From the IMG/VR virus record IMGVR_UViG_3300020576_005257, positions 160,001-224,000 of that record: DNA of 64,000 bases; one strand, given 5' to 3'. The stretch is from a virus (lineage: Duplodnaviria > Caudoviricetes). The notes under the pieces were generated by a model that was given only the letters and a program-made list of their open reading frames with translations, was not told where the DNA came from and did not search any database. A program made the translations under genes and the position numbers. This document shows positions 59,219 to 64,000 of the stretch, in pieces; position 1 is the first letter of the stretch; every line of letters begins with the position of its first letter.

Positions 59219-59378
59219 TCTAGCAGCCCTGTCAAGAAACGGGTATCTGACTATTTAGAAAACGTGACAACTTCTTGGTAGCTCCTTGAAGCTCTAAACC
59301 GACTACTAGATAGTATTTACTATGTAAGTGATCATAGCATAGTAGGTTGTTGGTTCGAATCCAACCAGGGTTGCTAGA
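59219..59378 (+). ncRNA. 160-nt tRNA-like RNA
   Basis: 13-bp terminal stem plus T arm GTTGG-TTCGAAT-CCAAC. Confidence 0.6.
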
Positions 59379-59494
59379 CTCCGTAAACCCGTAAAGGGTT
59401 CTGACGAAGACGAATGGTAAGGTTGTACAGCCTCTGGTAGTCGAATAGTGGTGGGTTCTGGGACTACGACAGCACCAATCGGAGACTTAAAACT

Positions 59495-59806
59495 ATGAAA
59501 CAATTCTTGAAAATTCAAACTCAGTTTGGTGAACTGATAGTTCATGAAAATGAAAATGGCTTAGATATACATCTTCCAAAATGTATTCTTACAGAAGAAT
59601 CTAAGCTCATGACTATTTCAATTCCACAATGTGATGTACCAGGGATTCAAAGCAATTACCAACTTTCTCTATATCACTTCTCTGAACATGAGAAACAAGA
59701 AGCAATATCTTTAGCCAATTTCCCGGAAGGGAAACCCAGTCACCATGTCATGGTGACTGGGTTAAAATTTGATAGAACATTAAAGCCGCCTGAGGCAGGA
59801 TCCTAG
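59495..59806 (+). CDS. Hypothetical protein
   Basis: GGAG SD. Confidence 0.65.
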   Translation: MKQFLKIQTQFGELIVHENENGLDIHLPKCILTEESKLMTISIPQCDVPGIQSNYQLSLYHFSEHEKQEAISLANFPEGKPSHHVMVTGLKFDRTLKPPEAGS

Positions 59807-59814
59807 GTGAGAAA

Positions 59815-60174
59815 GTGAAATATCTTTCACCTGCTGTGGCGGCTCTAAGAAAGTTTGAGGTAAGATCTATGATAACAGCAAACGAAGCAAGAAACCAGAA
59901 TCCAAAATATGAGGTAAATCCTGAGTTGTTTAAGATTGCTACTCTTCCTGCTGAATTCATTTCTCTTATTGAGGCAATTATTCAACTAGAGATAGATAAG
60001 AATCCTACTTACCCCGAAGTTGTGTTTAACTGTGAAGATACTAAGATGATGTACAATGATTGTGGCATACAGAAGTTTAGCCATATAGGAAAACATGTAC
60101 ATGAGATTCTTACTAATAATGGTTACATTGTTGACATGATAGAACATCAACATAAACTAATTGTGAGATGGTAA
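59815..60174 (+). CDS. Hypothetical protein
   Basis: ORF in cluster. Confidence 0.6.
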   Translation: MKYLSPAVAALRKFEVRSMITANEARNQNPKYEVNPELFKIATLPAEFISLIEAIIQLEIDKNPTYPEVVFNCEDTKMMYNDCGIQKFSHIGKHVHEILTNNGYIVDMIEHQHKLIVRW

Positions 60175-60186
60175 GTTAATCCAATT

Positions 60187-60654
60187 TGAGTCTTCGGACT
60201 CAGAACTTCCCAAACTAGTGCAAGTCAGATGTTGGGCAAGGTTTATTGACTTGCTAAAGTGTAGGTGTATAAAGAAACTTACGGTGATGAAATCTACTTT
60301 AACCGTTTAACCAGGACGAAAGTATCCACGTTGTGGAAAACTTAATAGTATTAAAAGAAATAAGAAACCTTCTTAACAATTTTGCTTGGGAAAATGAGGT
60401 GGATCCCTCCTCTAAAGTTCGCACAAGACATCAGTAAAGGTACCCTAGATTACTGATTGAGTGAGTGGTTGGAAGTTGAGAAACAATATGATAGCTACAT
60501 GTCTCATATTAATCTCCACTGTCATCGGACAATGCAATCAGGGCAGTTGATTGTCATAACCAAGCATTACAATTTAGAGCAACTAGTGGGAGTTATCCTA
60601 GGTAAAAAGGGAAAAGTACTTGTTGCTATCCTGTCTTCTGCTGGTTGCTTTAAA
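60187..60654 (+). ncRNA. Candidate large structured RNA(s)
   Basis: UUCG hairpin, nested long-range stems, 20-bp G.U-rich hairpin. Confidence 0.5.
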
Positions 60655-60682
60655 ACAATTTCAATAAACAGGAAAGAGTCTC

Positions 60683-61357
60683 ATGGTAAAACAGGTAGCA
60701 AACATTGAATTTCCCGAGTTCTCAGGCATTAGGTGCTTGATGATGCCTTACATCCAAGGTGATGTTACTTCATTACCAAAAGAATACAAACCTTATTTTT
60801 CTATCTTAGAATTACTAATTCTGGAAGAAGGGAAGATTGGCTTCCTTACCATTGATGAATCTCCAGTTAAAGCAGGACTTCCTCATAGAGGAACAAGAGC
60901 TAAGTATGATAGAGCACTTCATACAGAAGTTGGTAGAAACTCTTTAAAGGCTTACCGATGGGGTGATGGTGGCTCATGGGGAGACAGCAAACCCGAACCA
61001 GGTGGCAGATGGGGTGGAGATACTGGTGGTAGATGGGGAAGTAGTAATGAAGTTGAACTTGATTACGATGTTCAAATTCTCTTAGCTAATAACCTTAATT
61101 TAAGCTGTGCTATTTGGGATACTGAACACCCTAACACAACTTCAGATGGAGATCTAGGAGAGTTTAGTCATCTTTACCCATATGAAGAGGCTATTTTTAC
61201 CAAGTCTGGTGAGGTATGGCAAATTGGAATCCTTACTCCTCATGAGAGTATTCCAGTTAAGGAAGACTTTAATCGACAATTCATCAGAATTATTTCCTCT
61301 GGTGTTCATGGTAGAGAACCTTACTTTACTGAGAATCCCTTGGTACCTTACAACTAA
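60683..61357 (+). CDS. Putative 2OG-Fe(II) oxygenase-like protein
   Basis: LHTE..PHES..RQFIR. Confidence 0.55.
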   Translation: MVKQVANIEFPEFSGIRCLMMPYIQGDVTSLPKEYKPYFSILELLILEEGKIGFLTIDESPVKAGLPHRGTRAKYDRALHTEVGRNSLKAYRWGDGGSWGDSKPEPGGRWGGDTGGRWGSSNEVELDYDVQILLANNLNLSCAIWDTEHPNTTSDGDLGEFSHLYPYEEAIFTKSGEVWQIGILTPHESIPVKEDFNRQFIRIISSGVHGREPYFTENPLVPYN

Positions 61358-61365
61358 ACCGCATC

Positions 61366-61554
61366 ATGAAACAAACCTTTCTCAATTACATTCTTCCATG
61401 TTTGTTGTTTTGTATTATTACTACTATTGTAGTAATGCAGTTTAATCAAATAGTTGCAACTGGAAAAGCTAATGGACAACTAGCCTTGCTTGGTGTTGTT
61501 CTCTGCATTTCTTACAAGCTTATTCACAATCGTCTTGACTTAACATGGAGATAA
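61366..61554 (+). CDS. Two-TM small protein
   Basis: Hydrophobic. Confidence 0.55.
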   Translation: MKQTFLNYILPCLLFCIITTIVVMQFNQIVATGKANGQLALLGVVLCISYKLIHNRLDLTWR

Positions 61555-61560
61555 TAATAC

Positions 61561-61896
61561 ATGCCACAAGAACTCAAAATAGAAGTACTCTCACCAAGCG
61601 AAATCCAACTTGATTCTAACATGTTCTGTGGTAGTGATTTTGGTAAGTCTGAATTTGAGCAAATGGCTTACAACCTTGTAGTAATCTTTAGAAACAACCA
61701 AGATTTCTGGTTTCCTTTTACCTATGATCAATATGCTTTTATGGTTAACCACAAGATTCCAGATACTCCTGGACATTCCAAAGACCGACGGATTTTGGAT
61801 GAGATGGTAGATAATGGTTTCCTCACTCTTGATAAAAGTGAGTATGAGTGTACCCAAAAGTTTCACAATGCTTTGAGAAAGTACGCAATTAAGTAG
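61561..61896 (+). CDS. Hypothetical protein
   Basis: GGAG SD. Confidence 0.65.
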   Translation: MPQELKIEVLSPSEIQLDSNMFCGSDFGKSEFEQMAYNLVVIFRNNQDFWFPFTYDQYAFMVNHKIPDTPGHSKDRRILDEMVDNGFLTLDKSEYECTQKFHNALRKYAIK

Positions 61897-61900
61897 ACTT

Positions 61901-62146
61901 ATGACTGTACAAGAACTAAGAGTTGGAGACTATATACAACTTGGCACAGTTAAAGTCAGAGTTTTAACTAGACCTAACACTGATAAGAATGGTTCAGTGT
62001 TAGTAACTGTCAATGACCCCATAGTTCCAGTTTGGTGTATCTCTTGGAAAACTTTGAATGCTGGTAAAAAGTTCAGATCTGATCTCTCAGTATTTAGAAA
62101 AGGAAGATTACTACACCCAGTAATCAAATCAAAAACAGGTAAGTAA
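61901..62146 (+). CDS. Hypothetical protein
   Basis: Packed ORF. Confidence 0.6.
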   Translation: MTVQELRVGDYIQLGTVKVRVLTRPNTDKNGSVLVTVNDPIVPVWCISWKTLNAGKKFRSDLSVFRKGRLLHPVIKSKTGK

Positions 62147-62149
62147 AGT

Positions 62150-62467
62150 ATGGGAATGTTAACTGTTGTTGTTATTCATCACGACTACGTAAATCAGATT
62201 GAAACAGATCCATCTGAGTTTACTTCTGAGTTGCTAAATGCAATTAGATCTAATACTCAACATCCTCTTGATCTTCCTAGTTTTTCGGGTGCCTTCATCA
62301 TGCCTTGCCACCATTCACAGGATAGTGTGCTTTATTTGATGGCTGGTAACACTTTGGTTGAGTGTCATTCTGGTCTTCTTAGAGATACTAATAACTTTCA
62401 AAAGTTTTTCAAATCAGCTTTGGAAGCTATGGGTATTACTTGGAGACCCAAATGGGCTAAAAAATAA
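62150..62467 (+). CDS. Hypothetical protein
   Basis: Packed ORF. Confidence 0.65.
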   Translation: MGMLTVVVIHHDYVNQIETDPSEFTSELLNAIRSNTQHPLDLPSFSGAFIMPCHHSQDSVLYLMAGNTLVECHSGLLRDTNNFQKFFKSALEAMGITWRPKWAKK

Positions 62468-62794
62468 AACAATTTCTTGGGCAGTTCTTGAAGAATACTT
62501 CACGATAAAAGCCCTAAACTTACTGGTATTCCAGTAAGGCAGTCAAGCAGAAAAGCTATCTTTATTCGAGCTGGGTCAGGCCAGCAGGATAGTGCTACTA
62601 CGTTCGCAAGACAGGTAGATCTGACGAAGCAAGTTGGTTGACAGGGTAGGACTATCTAGCACTTTTAAGTGACTATATAAAGAGCCGACCACACTCCTGT
62701 TTAACTATGTATCCCTACAGTAGAAAGTGTGGATAAGAGGAGTAATTACCCTTTCAACGGATGGCTCTAAACAATTTTTGTGAGACCCATAAAC

Positions 62795-63187
62795 ATGTCT
62801 AATGTAAGTAAATACGAATGGAGCAGACAGGAACAAGCTAGATATAATCTTGCACAAGAAGTCAACGAAGCTGCCAAACGTGGATGCTTTACGAAAGGTA
62901 CAGAAGAGTATCGAGCACTTGTAGCTCCTTGTATGCAATCTATACCTGAAGGCTTACATCACCTATGGTTTTCACCTACTCACCAAGAACATCTTCATGA
63001 TTGTGATGCTTGGGAAGGTCATCCTTATCATGAAGTTATTTACCAACTGGAGGATGGTAGTTTGGTTGCCATTACTGAAGCCACTAAACCAGGTGTTCCG
63101 CCCTCTGTACCAAAGACTGATTTAAAGTATCTTGGTGCAGGGAAGTTTCATTCTATGAAGAATCTAGGAGTGAGACAGACCTTGTAA
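62795..63187 (+). CDS. Hypothetical protein
   Basis: ORF followed by a terminator. Confidence 0.65.
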   Translation: MSNVSKYEWSRQEQARYNLAQEVNEAAKRGCFTKGTEEYRALVAPCMQSIPEGLHHLWFSPTHQEHLHDCDAWEGHPYHEVIYQLEDGSLVAITEATKPGVPPSVPKTDLKYLGAGKFHSMKNLGVRQTL

Positions 63188-63222
63188 AAAACTATTGACT
63201 TAAAAAATCAATAGTTTTTTTT
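63186..63222 (+). terminator. AT-rich bidirectional terminator-like hairpin
   Basis: AAAAAACTATTGA/TCAATAGTTTTTTTT. Confidence 0.55.
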
Positions 63223-63280
63223 AACCTTAGACAACTAATTACATAGTTTAATAGCATCCAATATCAACTATGGGAGTAAC

Positions 63281-63637
63281 ATGAATACACTTCAACAACC
63301 ACAAACTCAGGAATACAACTTTCGAGATCTTTTAGAGTCTACTGTAATCAAATATGGTATTGATTCTGAAATTGTTTCTAAAACTCCTAGCTTGCAATTA
63401 ATAAACTTACTGGAAAAGTTTAATCCTTCTAAGTTTCAAACTATTAACACAGTGATTTGTGAGTTTTTGTCTGAACTTGAAATCTTTGATGTTTTAGAAT
63501 TCTCTGAAACTGTTTGGGTGAGAAAAGATTCTAAAGGTTTTTACCTGAACTATAAACAAGGATATATTCACTTTCTTGATGAAAAGATTGGTAAGCTTGC
63601 TTACTTACTAAAAGAGGAGTTTCTAGCTTCACAATGA
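63281..63637 (+). CDS. Hypothetical protein
   Basis: GGGAG SD. Confidence 0.65.
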   Translation: MNTLQQPQTQEYNFRDLLESTVIKYGIDSEIVSKTPSLQLINLLEKFNPSKFQTINTVICEFLSELEIFDVLEFSETVWVRKDSKGFYLNYKQGYIHFLDEKIGKLAYLLKEEFLASQ

Positions 63638-64000
63638 GCAGATTAGCAGCTATAGGTGATATTCATGGAGACCATGATAGATTCTTAGAACTTTTAGTTC
63701 AACACAACTTTACTACTACCAATGGTAATTGGATTGCTGGAAGCGATACTCTTGTTTGTACTGGTGATTTGACTGATAGAGGTACTCAAGACCTTGAAGT
63801 TTTAAGACTTTGTGAGGACCTACAAATTCAGGCCCAACAAGCAGGTGGTGATTTCATATCACTTATGGGTAATCATGATGCCATGTTTATTTCTATTGCT
63901 TTGGACTATTCAAACAAAACGGTACCTAGCACTGGTAATAGTTACTTTTTTAGAATTAATGGTGGTAATCAGCAAGCAGCTGAAAATTGTCCTAACCACC
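63634..64000 (+). CDS. PPP-family (Shewanella-like) metallophosphatase, 3' end outside window
   Basis: Manual translation: GDIHG, GDLTDRG, GNHD. Confidence 0.9.
   Translation, partial: MSRLAAIGDIHGDHDRFLELLVQHNFTTTNGNWIAGSDTLVCTGDLTDRGTQDLEVLRLCEDLQIQAQQAGGDFISLMGNHDAMFISIALDYSNKTVPSTGNSYFFRINGGNQQAAENCPNH

Noticed and set aside
59380-59450. Hammerhead ribozyme (hairpin plus CTGACGA); also CTGACGA at ~62621
   Set aside because: No correctly placed GAAA and stem III could be formed
60457-60708. 83-aa ORF in the track
   Set aside because: TTG start, no SD, coincides with long G.U-rich RNA stems
1-64000. Genome-wide stop-codon recoding
   Set aside because: Long genes are intact in code 11, and TGA and TAG end genes at ATGA overlaps and terminators

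Overview
A 64-kb segment of a large, AT-rich dsDNA phage with a contractile tail; a dockerin-like gene weakly suggests an Armatimonadota host. Bases 1-36.1 kb are a minus-strand virion operon: intein-containing terminase, portal, protease, scaffold, capsid, neck, two sheath-like and three tube-like genes, chaperones, a nuclease-bearing tape-measure-like protein and a further giant virion protein. Bases 40-47.4 kb carry rfbA/rfbB, three tRNA genes (one split by an endonuclease ORF) and structured RNAs. From 47.7 kb the genes switch to the + strand: a C-rich early-type region, then small ORFs mixed with tRNA-like and other structured RNAs. The main finding is a pair of homologous two-barrel RNA polymerases with the DxDGD (beta-prime-type) barrel before the two-lysine (beta-type) barrel, the reverse of the usual single-chain order. 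One is a 1260-aa single chain (36232-40014). The other is a compact version split in two genes (51824-52465, 52561-54342), each preceded by a similar three-hairpin leader. A CTCTATT motif recurs upstream of late genes. All calls come from reading motifs by eye; no database searches were run.
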